Under the pieces are notes generated by a model, which searched no databases, had not been told where the DNA came from, and saw nothing but the letters and a program-made list of their open reading frames with translations. Below are positions 9,804 to 18,643 of a DNA stretch of 20,000 nucleotides, one piece after another (position 1 is the stretch's first letter; every line of letters starts with the position of its first letter). Made by a program: the position numbers and the translations under genes. The stretch is from an uncultured virus (IMG/VR IMGVR_UViG_2061766007_001614) (taxonomy: Duplodnaviria; Heunggongvirae; Uroviricota; Caudoviricetes), in the IMG/VR virus record IMGVR_UViG_2061766007_001614. One strand, given 5' to 3'.

Positions 9804-10592
9804 ATGAGCAGAAAAAACGATATTTGTGGTATTTATAAAATCATCAACAATGTAAATGGCAAACTTTACATTGGTCAATCAAAAAGGATATACACACGTT
9901 GGACTGAACATAAGAAAGAATTACGACGTGGAAAACATGGTAACCCGTATCTTCAAAAAGCATGGGATAAATATGGGGAAGCCGCTTTTTCTCACGAACT
10001 AATTGAAGAGTGCAGTGAAGACATTCTAGATGAGAGGGAGTGTTATTATATTAAGTTGTTCAATACTATGAATGAATTAAATGGGTATAACCTTACATCG
10101 GGAGGCGGGCGTAAAAAACAATACTCCGCTTCAACAAGAGCGAAATTAAAAATCAATGGAACTGGTTCCAATAACCCTAATAGCAAAAAAGTAATCTCGC
10201 TTGAAGATGGTGTTATTCACGAATCTATAAATCTCGCTGCTAAGACGCATAATACGCATGCTGCTATGATATATAGATGTTGTACCCTGAAGAGGTATAC
10301 TGCGGGTGGATATCATTGGATGTATTATGACCAGTATCTATTGTCTTCACCTCAACAGATTGAAGAACTTCTATCCAAGCGAGACAATGGGAAGACGCGA
10401 AGCGTAATATACCTGAACACAATGAAGGTCTACTCTTCAATTAAAGAAGCACATGAAGACACTGGGGCAAACGCTAATAGCATTAACCAGTGTTGTATAC
10501 ATGGAAGGCCTAATGCCGGTTATACAGATGACGGCAAACCAAGAATTTTCATGTATTACAAAGAATATTTAAGCAAGAATGAGGCGGGATGA
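9804..10592 (+). CDS. GIY-YIG homing endonuclease with C-terminal NUMOD1-like DNA-binding repeats
   Basis: GGAGG RBS; CGIYKIIN...KLYIGQS...R...H...LQKAWDKYG...E...GYN; two repeats (KVISLEDGVIHESINLAAK / SVIYLNTMKVYSSIKEAHE), each followed by I..CC. Confidence 0.9.
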   Translation: MSRKNDICGIYKIINNVNGKLYIGQSKRIYTRWTEHKKELRRGKHGNPYLQKAWDKYGEAAFSHELIEECSEDILDERECYYIKLFNTMNELNGYNLTSGGGRKKQYSASTRAKLKINGTGSNNPNSKKVISLEDGVIHESINLAAKTHNTHAAMIYRCCTLKRYTAGGYHWMYYDQYLLSSPQQIEELLSKRDNGKTRSVIYLNTMKVYSSIKEAHEDTGANANSINQCCIHGRPNAGYTDDGKPRIFMYYKEYLSKNEAG

Positions 10593-10607
10593 CCGCCTTA
10601 TTTTATT
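10582..10607 (+). terminator. Hairpin with T-rich tail (terminator or processing/stabilising stem)
   Basis: AGGCGG-gatga-CCGCCT followed by TATTTTATT. Confidence 0.55.
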
Positions 10608-10633
10608 ACTAATATTTCGAAAGGAGAAAAATT

Positions 10634-11104
10634 ATGATTGATATTCGTAAAGGCAGCCATATTTCTAGCTTCCCAACGCTCATCTCATCAATGATGAATA
10701 CTTACAAAAGAGTATACAACATCACTCTTGGCGCTGCTACTGATAATGGTCAGCTGGCTACACGTGGCGCATATATTTCATTTGATAACTATGCTCAGGG
10801 AGCTGTTACAGATGGTGACGTAACAATCAGAGTAAATGAACTTGGAGCAGATGGAAGATGGATTTGTGAGGTTATGGCCCTTCCTTCAGATGAGGTTCTT
10901 TATCTCTATAATTCACCAGTTAGTGAATATAGCGAGAGGGATCTTCAGGATGAGTCACTCTTCTACAATGCTCAGGGCGATGTAGTTCAGGGCGCTCCGC
11001 TTCTTATAGGAGACCTCTTCTCTCTGAGTGAAAACGCATTTGTGGGAACTCCTGCAGCAGGCAAGACTGCCGAGTATACAAGCGGAAAATATGAAATTCA
11101 GTAA
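10634..11104 (+). CDS. Capsid decoration / minor head protein
   Basis: Strong AAAGGAGA RBS; 156 aa beta-rich protein between protease and capsid genes; DNG, FYNAQG and GDLFSLSENAF.G motifs. Confidence 0.65.
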   Translation: MIDIRKGSHISSFPTLISSMMNTYKRVYNITLGAATDNGQLATRGAYISFDNYAQGAVTDGDVTIRVNELGADGRWICEVMALPSDEVLYLYNSPVSEYSERDLQDESLFYNAQGDVVQGAPLLIGDLFSLSENAFVGTPAAGKTAEYTSGKYEIQ

Positions 11105-11130
11105 ATCTAGGAAAGGAGAAAAGATTAACT

Positions 11131-12240
11131 ATGAAAAAGAATTTTAGTTCACATGTTATGACTGTATTTTCTGATTTTAATACAGATCACGAAAGCATGA
11201 CAAACCTTATGACTGATCTTGCTCTTGGCCGTGAGATTTACGATGGTGAAAAGAAAATTTCAAAGGCAGAGGCAAACGAAACCGTGCGAAACTTTGCACT
11301 CAGCATTCTCGGTATTGATGACAATAAAGATGCTAAAACTTTTAAGCGTGCATGGAGAGATCACAGTCGTGAGTGGTTCGATGTTATCGAAGATACTGTT
11401 GATAACGTTATTGAACTTGGTATCCAGTCAAGCGAATGGTTTGAGGATTTAGTAGAAAGAAAGACTCTTAACTATTTCGATAGACAGGATTTCTATATTG
11501 ATACTGACTCTATACTTGCAGTTGCGAAAGCAGGCGTATCCCATCACACACATCCTCTTCAGAGGCTTGGTAGGGGTACAACTGTATCTCTGACTCCCGA
11601 CCTTTATGTAGTTAAGGTTGGCGCAGATATTAACCGCTATATCACCGGACAAGAGGACTGGGCTCGTCTTGTAAATGCAATTGCTAGAGCATTTATGATA
11701 AAGATTCAGACCGAAGTATTCAATGCAGTTGATACAGCTGCTACTCTCCTTCCAGTTAAGGGAACAGACTTTGTCAATACTGGAACACTCTCATCTGCAA
11801 CTAAGGGTGCATTTGACCTTATAGTATCTAACGTATCTTATGCTAACCCTGGCGCAGAGATCATCATCATGGGAACAAAGAATGCTCTTCAGAAGCTCAA
11901 TGCTCTTGGAGATGTTAACTGGATTTCTAACCTTGCAAAGGATTCTGTATACAATATCGGTCGTATGGGCCTGTATGAGGGAACCAGGTTAGTTGAAATT
12001 GACAACCGTTTCACCGATAAGACTTATACTGCAAAAGTCTTCAAAGACAACAGGCTCCTTATCCTTCCGGTAATTGGTGACGCTGGAAAGTTTGTTAAGG
12101 TTATCGATGAAGGCTCTGTAGAGATCGAGCACACAGATAGAGATGAGAAGTATTCATCAGATCTTATGACCATGGAAGTTCAGAGAAGATTTGGTGTCGG
12201 TGTTGTAATCGGCCACCAGTTCGGACAGTGGACAATTTAA
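11131..12240 (+). CDS. Major capsid protein
   Basis: Strong RBS; 369 aa; position after protease and decoration genes; GRMGLYEGTRLVEIDN motif; followed by a terminator-like hairpin. Confidence 0.85.
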   Translation: MKKNFSSHVMTVFSDFNTDHESMTNLMTDLALGREIYDGEKKISKAEANETVRNFALSILGIDDNKDAKTFKRAWRDHSREWFDVIEDTVDNVIELGIQSSEWFEDLVERKTLNYFDRQDFYIDTDSILAVAKAGVSHHTHPLQRLGRGTTVSLTPDLYVVKVGADINRYITGQEDWARLVNAIARAFMIKIQTEVFNAVDTAATLLPVKGTDFVNTGTLSSATKGAFDLIVSNVSYANPGAEIIIMGTKNALQKLNALGDVNWISNLAKDSVYNIGRMGLYEGTRLVEIDNRFTDKTYTAKVFKDNRLLILPVIGDAGKFVKVIDEGSVEIEHTDRDEKYSSDLMTMEVQRRFGVGVVIGHQFGQWTI

Positions 12241-12247
12241 TATTGAT

Positions 12248-12273
12248 GAGGGCGGCATAGCGCTGCCCTCTTT
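12248..12273 (+). terminator. Intrinsic terminator-like hairpin after the capsid gene
   Basis: GAGGGCGGC-atagc-GCTGCCCTC then TTT. Confidence 0.65.
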
Positions 12274-12310
12274 ATGAGTAAAAGGAGAANNNNNNNNNNN
12301 NNNNNNNNNN

Positions 12311-12831
12311 GCTTTAGTAAAAAATGACCAACAGGGAATGACAATTGATGTCGAAAACCTAAAACAGAAAAAGAAGTTCGAACAGACAGATTATATTATG
12401 TGTCGTTCTGTTATAACTGGGGGGTTATACCTGGAAGGAACTAAAACCAAGCAGGTCTATTCGTGGACTGATTATGGTGACGAGACTGAAGTAGAATATA
12501 GAGATCTTGTTGCAGAAGTGCGTCAGCGCTCAGAATTTATTTTTGCACCGAGGTTAATTGTTGAGGATGAGGACTTTGTTGAAGAATTCCCTCAGCTAAA
12601 ACAATTCTATAATCAATACTATAGCGTCAAAGAGCTCGGGAAGATTCTTGGGCTACCAGTNNNNNNNNNNNNNNNNNNNNAGAGGAGCTCCCAAAAGGAG
12701 CAAAAGAATCATTAAGGAACATTGCAGCTTCGCAGATTGCAAGCGGAATCATCGATTCTGTTTCAAAAATAAAAAAGTTGGATGAGATATATGATACTGA
12801 CCTTGAATTTCTTTCAAGCCTCATGAAATAA
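12311..12831 (+). CDS. Head-associated protein following the capsid gene (start lies in gap 12290-12310; second gap 12661-12680)
   Basis: AAAGGAGA RBS just before the gap; frame open from 12311; after the second gap it reads EELPKGAKESLRNIAASQIASGIIDSVSKIKKLDEIYDTDL to TAA 12831. Confidence 0.65.
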
Positions 12832-12842
12832 AGGAGGTTATT

Positions 12843-13301
12843 ATGGCCTCTGTAAAATACGAAACAATATTTTCTTTGTTCCTCGGAAGCATAACGGACT
12901 ACAAGCTTGCTTCGTTAAATGAAGAAGATGCCAACACTGTTATGACAGAGTACTTTCACAAAGCATTAGCTGCATCTTATCTGAGCCGTATTTTTTCTAC
13001 AATGAGTACTGATGATGAGAATCAGACGTTCTTTTATGAATTAAAGTATAAAACCGACATGGACGAAACAGATTTTGTTTGTAATGCTATTGCTAAGTGG
13101 ATGGTATATGAGTGGTTGCACAATCAAGTTCGTAGCGTAGTAAATACTGCTCAGTTTTTTGGTGGTTCCGAACAGAAATATTATTCGCAGTCAGCTCATA
13201 TAGGCGAACTACGCGCCCTTCAGGATGATGCCTACAAAGAAGCAAGATCATTTGTAATGGATAGAGGATGGATAAACAACTCTTACCTGGGAGGTCAGTG
13301 A
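12843..13301 (+). CDS. Putative head-tail adaptor
   Basis: AAGGAGG RBS; 152 aa helical protein (YETIFSLFLGSITDY); synteny. Confidence 0.6.
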   Translation: MASVKYETIFSLFLGSITDYKLASLNEEDANTVMTEYFHKALAASYLSRIFSTMSTDDENQTFFYELKYKTDMDETDFVCNAIAKWMVYEWLHNQVRSVVNTAQFFGGSEQKYYSQSAHIGELRALQDDAYKEARSFVMDRGWINNSYLGGQ

Positions 13302-13633
13302 TGGATATTGTACGTTATACATACGGTGACTTTGCCGGACTCCAGATTAAAGAGATTAAGCAAAAGATGCGCAAGCAGATTTTCTTTCTTCTAATCCTTG
13401 TTGATCCAAAAACATCCGGGGAATTTAAGAACATTGACGCGGGGTCTGCTATCGAGGATGTGCTCCGTACTTATGGCAGTTTAAACAATCTGTTGGGATA
13501 TCCCAANNNNNNNNNNNNNNNGAATGCTGCATATCTTGAATATCAGAAAGGCAGTGAAGAATTTGAGTGGTCTATATACCGCAAAAACATTCTTGATGCA
13601 GGCAATGCTGTTCTTGCGATAAAGGAGGTTTAA
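13301..13633 (+). CDS. Hypothetical head-tail region protein
   Basis: GGAGG RBS; ATG overlaps the upstream TGA; ends YRKNILDA...KEV. Confidence 0.6.
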   Translation: MDIVRYTYGDFAGLQIKEIKQKMRKQIFFLLILVDPKTSGEFKNIDAGSAIEDVLRTYGSLNNLLGYPXXXXXXNAAYLEYQKGSEEFEWSIYRKNILDAGNAVLAIKEV

Positions 13634-13634
13634 G

Positions 13635-16206
13635 ATGCCTTCTTTTGAATTATATAAAAAGTTACACACGGCAACGAGTATTGGTGAAGCTCATAAACAG
13701 GAGTCTGATATGGTGATGGAAGCCACGTGGGATACGGACATTAACACAAGAGTCTGCTATCTCTACGACTATTGGCATGACGACCATAAGACTCAACTAA
13801 CAAACCTAGATCCGGTTAATGACCCCAAGAAAGTTGCTATCAGTCTGAAGTGGAGACGAAGCTCTGCTCAGACCATGGACAAAGACACGGTTGACCATCA
13901 CATACAGATGAAACCGTCACAAAAGATGAATGTTGATTATTATCCTGCCTTCTTTGGTGACAGATATAACAGTACCTTCCCCGTAGGACTGTTCGTTGAT
14001 ATCCCGAACGAAAAAGGGATATATAATCGATGGTTGGTTGTCGCTGTTGCAAATTATCATGTTTCGCAGTTTCCTACTTTTTCTGTGCTCCCCTGTGATT
14101 ATGTCTTTAATTGGATATATAAAGGGAAAAAGAATAAGATGGCAGGCTGCCTAAGAAGCCAGAATTCGTAAATATGTGCGCTTCATATGGGAAACCATAT
14201 GTCGAAAGTTCTCTAATTGCTGGGAGGTCTTGTTAAGCTATCAGTACCATAGTGTAACAATCTGATAGATAGAGATAATCAGCAGCCAAGCCCGCAAGGG
14301 AAGGTTCAACGATCATGCCCTCAAGTGAGGTAATGGGAACCACCTAAGTCGAAAGATATGGTGTTGATATGATCTGAACTCTATTGAGAAATAGAGAAAA
14401 TCATCTACGTTGTTAAAAAGACAGGACATGGGGTAGCTCCCCTTTCGTGATGCCCTAACATCACGATTACTGTCTTTTTATATTGCTTATTTTTAGGGAG
14501 ATAAACAAAATGAAAAAATATGTTTTTACTGATGAACAGTTATTAGATATCTATCATATGTACAACAATGGATCCTCATTAAAAGATATTCAAGATAAGT
14601 ACTCTGTTTCTCAGACGGTCCTCACAAGGGTTTTTAGTGAGAATGGATGGACTATCAGGGGATGCCATGACCATAGATATTATACGCTTAATGATGAATA
14701 TTTCGATTCTATCGATACTNNNNNNNNNNCTGATGGCTACAACTACACACCTACTGGCGAGATAAAGCTTTCATTACAGGCGGGTGATGAGCAAACATTG
14801 GTTGATATAAATAAGGAAATTGAAAGTAATAGACCTTTGCGTGTTCGAAAATTTGATAAGTCATCATGGAAGGATTCATACACTCTATCAATAAGCAGTG
14901 TTCACATGAGCCATCAGCTANNNNNNNNNNNNNNNNNNNNNNNNNNNNNNNNNNNNNNNNNNNGAGCCGCTGTTTCCTTATATGTTAAAAGGCTATATAG
15001 ATGGGAACGGATGGATTCAGCAATATCGTATAGGATTTATGAGCTCCGATAAATTTGCGTATGGAGTGCAAAGGTTCCTTCTTGAGCATTACGGTATTAC
15101 AAGCACTGTGATGGATATGAAGAGACATTATGATTCTCGAACAAAAACATGGTATATCTGTAGCAAGAAGAAAAGCAAACCTCTCGTAGAAAAGATGTTT
15201 GAAGAACCTACTATATGTATTCAACGCAAGTATGAAAAGTACATAAAATATGGGTATCTTGACGTAGATGAATCTTTAGTTGTCTAACGAACAACTAGAG
15301 TAACGTATTAACAACTCTGGCGTATGGCAAGCTTATAAGTTGGAANNNNNNNNNNNNNNNNNNNNNNNNNNNNNCGGGGAAAATCGGTGAACGCTGAAAT
15401 GCCAATACCGAGATAATCTATTAGATTGCGAAAAGGCTAATAGACATTGTAACGCGTAGGGAGTGAATAAATATAATCTCCCCAAGAGTCCCTGACATCT
15501 CTAGTAGATGATAATGTACGCTGAACTTATAGGAATAGAAACTATAAGAACTAAAAGATAAAAAGCTTTTAGGATAACAATTGCGAAGATCAACAGAAGT
15601 TCNNNNNNNNNNNNNNNNNNNNNNNNNNNNNNNNNNNNNNNNNNNNNNNNNNNNNNNNNNNNNNNTGATGTACACAATGGAGCGGAACCTAGGACCTGGC
15701 AAATATCTAAGGTCAACAGAATTAACTCCAATGGTTTGGTACTTATAACCTTGACTCAGCAACAGTTTAATCCTCATACAGATTATATTGAGTATGAGAA
15801 TCCTGATGATCCTTCCAGTATCATTGGTATGTGGGCAAATTANNNNNNNNNNNNNNNNNNNNNNNNNNNNNNNNNNNNNNNNNNNNNAGCCCAGGATGAC
15901 ATTCATTCTGTGATAACTTATGTTGGGAAAGCAACTATCAAAGTCGGCGGGAGCTTTAAAAAATTTACCGTGACATTTTATGACGGAGAAACGCCTGTTG
16001 ACTTTAAGCTCGGTCAATGGGTATTTGAGATAAACGGTGTAGATGCGTCATCACTTCTTGAAACTGACATTACTGATTTAGAACAAAATCAGATTAAAGT
16101 GAGGTTTGTTGGCAGTGAAGATTATATGGGTAAGACTTTAAAAGTCATTTACTCTTCTACTACCGGTGTTATATCTAGTGTTGACATCTTAATAACAGGA
16201 GCGTAA
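13635..16206 (+). CDS. Head-tail joining / neck protein, spliced: exon 1 13635-14169, exon 2 15311 to about 15355, exon 3 15584-16206
   Basis: Joining gives ...GCLRSQNS-Y-NSGVWQAYKLE...EDQQKF...EPRTWQISKVNRINSNGLVLITLTQ..., ending in an Ig-like beta-rich domain. Exon 1 read unspliced stops at a TAA made by the first intron bases. Confidence 0.75.
14414..14500 (+). promoter_or_regulatory. Structured RNA leader of the intron endonuclease (three-way junction plus loop-RBS pairing)
   Basis: 11-bp stem 14414-14424/14470-14480; GGGG-tagct-CCCC; TCGTGATG-ccctaa-CATCACGA; loop CCCTAA is complementary to TTAGGG 14493-14498, which overlaps the RBS. Confidence 0.6.
14510..15287 (+). CDS. Intron-encoded LAGLIDADG homing endonuclease (two-motif type; split by N gaps)
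   Basis: AGGGAG RBS, ATG 14510; N-terminal HTH-like segment; NDEYFDSIDT[gap]DG first-motif context; second motif LKGYIDGNG; C-terminal IQRKYEKY. Confidence 0.82.
15355..15583 (+). ncRNA. Group I intron 2, ORF-less (5' end hidden in gap 15346-15374; start approximate)
   Basis: P3 CGGGGA (15375) / TCCCTG (15489); P4 TCGGT/ACCGA; P6 TCTATTAG/CTAATAGA; P7 GCGTA (15454) / TACGC (15517); P8 CATCT/AGATG; P9 CTTATAG/CTATAAG and CTAAAAG/CTTTTAG; ends ...ACAATTG, after which the exon resumes as C-GAA-GAT-CAA-CAG-AAG-TTC. Confidence 0.85.
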
Positions 16207-16210
16207 GCCT

Positions 16211-16911
16211 ATGAGACTTTCAGAGCAAGAACTTGCGGAGCTTCGTAGGTACAGAAACGAACCTGATGAAGATGACGTGAGGTATAAACAAATAATCAAA
16301 AAAAAATTGCTTGCAAATAACAAAATCATTTATCTGCTTCACAATAAAGAACTTGAAGATGAAGAGGCTGAGCCCGATGAGNNNNNNNNNNNNNNNNNNN
16401 NNNNNNNNNNNNNNNNNNNNNNNNNNNNNNNNNNNNNNNNNNNNNNNNNNNNNNNNNNNNNNNNNNNNNNNNNNNNNNNNNNNNNNNNNNNNNNNNNNNN
16501 NNNNNNNNNNNNNNNNNNNNNNNNNNNNNNNNNNNNNNNNNNNNNNNNNNNNNNNNNNNNNNNNNNNNNNNNNNNNNNNNNNNNNNNNNNNNNNNNNNNN
16601 NNNNNNNNNNNNNNNNNNNNNNNNNNNNNNNNNNNNNNNNNNNNNNNNNNNNNNNNNNNNNNNNNNNNNNNNNNNNNNNNNNNNNNNNNNNNNAATTAAG
16701 TTCTCCCAGACATGATATTCTCTCGGCTGAGCTTATAAATATGTTCCAAGGTTGTAATGATTTTGGGACACAATTAAAGCTTATGTCTAACAAACCCTCT
16801 GTAACGGATAACGATTATGCTACCAGAACACTTATCTTCTCACAGATAACCACCAATTCGATCACATCTGAGGGGCGTCAGATGAGTCTTCGAACAGGAT
16901 TTAGGTCATGA
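16211..16911 (+). CDS. Putative tail completion/terminator protein (large gap 16382-16693)
   Basis: N-terminus YKQIIKKKLLANNKIIYLLHN; after the gap an open frame PRHDILSAELINMFQG...RTLIFSQ runs to TGA 16911, overlapping the next ATG. Joining across the gap is inferred. Confidence 0.55.
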
Positions 16912-17701
16912 TTGATAAGCTTGTGCTGATAAGTGGAGATCCTATAGAGATATGTGAAGGTATAACGTTATTCCAACCTACGCTAAGAGCTATAAAAGAA
17001 TTTGGTGAGGGCCAGTTCTATAATACATTCTGGACTTTCTGCTCTGCTCCATGGGATATGCCATCAACATTAGCAGATGCTGGAATTGATTTTATGAAGA
17101 TATCAGAGTGGGAACTGTTTCAGAATCTTGCGGTGGGCCTTACACAGGAACAGACAAGACTTATATTCGGAGACTTAGATTTCTCAAAGTTTAGGTTGAT
17201 GAAAAGGACTCTTGATGAGAAAGAGGATACAGTTCTTTTCAATGGAGAGATAATTATCGATGAAGCGATTTACAAGCAATTCATACAGTATGTCAAAGCT
17301 ATGATTGGCTTTGAACATTCCGGCAAGAAAGCCGGTAATNNNNNNNNNNNNNNNNNNNNNNNNNNNNNNNNNNNNNNNNNNNNNNNNNNNNNNNNNNNNN
17401 NNAGTCAATACTCTTTAATGGGATAATAACATTAGTGAATACTGAAGAGTGTAAATATGATTATCGAACGATATTTGATATGACACTATTTCAGTTCACA
17501 AAGTCTTTGGTGCAGATACAAGGAAAGAAAGCTGCATGCGCTCTCCTGCAAGGAAGCATGTCAGGCTTCTGTGATACTTCAAAGATACCGCAGAAAGATT
17601 TCCAGTGGACGTACTCCGAAGACAAATATAATAAGCCTAAAGGAAGAAAGCTCTTTAAGGGCGACCAGAAGGCAATACAAAAAGCAGGCGCTACCATGTA
17701 G
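16908..17701 (+). CDS. Tail-region protein upstream of the tail tube gene (single gene across gap 17340-17402)
   Basis: FQPTLRAIKEFGE..FY N-terminus; after the gap SILFNGIITLVNTEECKYDY...MTLFQF...QGSMSGFCD. Confidence 0.65.
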
Positions 17702-17712
17702 CGTCTATTTTA
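17686..17712 (+). terminator. Hairpin with T-rich tail upstream of the tail tube gene
   Basis: AGGCGCTAC-cat-GTAGCGTCT followed by ATTTT. Confidence 0.55.
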
Positions 17713-17740
17713 ATGCACAAAAACGAAAGGAGAAAATATT

Positions 17741-18583
17741 ATGAATTTCGATCAGCTCGTTATAGACAGAGTCCTTGATGGATGGTTTGAGAGTAAGGCA
17801 GATAACTCAGTTCTTGCAGTACTGGATCAGCTTCAGAACTTCTCTGTAAACGTAACTTCAACAACAAAGGATAAGACAGACGCTCAGGGCGCTCTTATCA
17901 AGAGATTCTACACAGCTAAGCAGGCTGAGGTAAGTGGCGAGAACGCTATCTTCTCACTTGACCTTTCAGCAATTCAGGCTGGAAATGCAAAGGTTGTTGA
18001 TTCTGAGGTTGTAATGCCCAGGATCCTTCAGATCGCGAAGTCAACATCTGCTCTTAAGCTCCCTGATACACCTATTGAGGGAACTCTTATGGTTTATGGA
18101 ACACTTGATAATGGTGTTCTTGACACTTCCAAAAAGTATGAGGCAGGCACAGAGGCTGGTGAGGATACATACGTTGTATCTACAGTTGGTGATGTAACAA
18201 CTATTACTCTGCCTACAAATGCTACCGACTTCGTACAGATCAAGTATGAGTACAAGGTTGCTGATGGCAAGTCTGCTGCAAGGGTTAACCATGATGCAAC
18301 TAACTTCCCTAAAGAGTGCAAGGCCACATTTAGGGTTCTCTGCTCAGACGTATGTGATTCTGAGACTGTTAGGGCATTCTATATCGTATTCCCTAAGTTC
18401 CAGATCTCTCCTGACTTTGATTGGACAGTTGACACTGAATCAACTCAGGCATTCTCTGCTACTGCTTTCAAGGATTACTGCGCAAAGCAGCAGATTCTGT
18501 TCTACATTGCAATCGCAGAAGATACCGATGAGTACGATGCAAAGCAGCCTGCAGAGCTCGAGGAAGAGGAGCCTTCAGCATAA
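17741..18583 (+). CDS. Major tail (tube) protein
   Basis: Strong AAAGGAGA RBS; 280 aa beta-rich acidic protein; FYIVFPKFQISPDF motif; flanked by hairpins; synteny. Confidence 0.75.
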   Translation: MNFDQLVIDRVLDGWFESKADNSVLAVLDQLQNFSVNVTSTTKDKTDAQGALIKRFYTAKQAEVSGENAIFSLDLSAIQAGNAKVVDSEVVMPRILQIAKSTSALKLPDTPIEGTLMVYGTLDNGVLDTSKKYEAGTEAGEDTYVVSTVGDVTTITLPTNATDFVQIKYEYKVADGKSAARVNHDATNFPKECKATFRVLCSDVCDSETVRAFYIVFPKFQISPDFDWTVDTESTQAFSATAFKDYCAKQQILFYIAIAEDTDEYDAKQPAELEEEEPSA

Positions 18584-18594
18584 TTAGATTATAT

Positions 18595-18627
18595 GCCCTG
18601 GGGATGAGATACTCCCCGGGGTGTTTT
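18595..18627 (+). terminator. Intrinsic terminator after the tail tube gene
   Basis: GCCCTGGGGA-8nt-TCCCCGGGGT then GTTTT. Confidence 0.7.
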
Positions 18628-18643
18628 ACATGAGGTAAAAGGT

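Larger units (their letters stand above)
14170..15310 (+). ncRNA. Group I intron 1 (IA-like) carrying a LAGLIDADG ORF in P9
   Basis: P1 U14169.G14178; P2 CATATGG-gaaa-CCATATG (14184-14201); P AATTGCTGGGA (14215); Q AATCAGCAGCC (14277); P7 GATCAT (14311) / ATGATC (14369); P3 GTTCTC/GGGAAC; P9 CTCTATT-gaga-AATAGAG (14379-14396); long-range stem TCATCTACGT (14401) / ACGTAGATGA (15262). Confidence 0.9.

Noticed and set aside
14414..14500. Pistol ribozyme on the minus strand (hairpin loop TTAGGG with a CCCTAA partner)
   Set aside because: On the minus strand CCCTAA lies upstream of the hairpin rather than downstream, and the other pistol elements are not evident; plus-strand RBS pairing explains it better.
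15305..15310. Canonical omega-G 3' splice site at G15305
   Set aside because: Joining U14169 to 15306 shifts the frame (SLLTTLAYG...) and loses NSGVW; the end alignment with intron 2 also points to 15310. It may still be a minor site.
16382..16700. A third intron hidden in the 312-N gap
   Set aside because: No intron core sequence is visible and the frame after the gap is open; it cannot be supported without gap closure.
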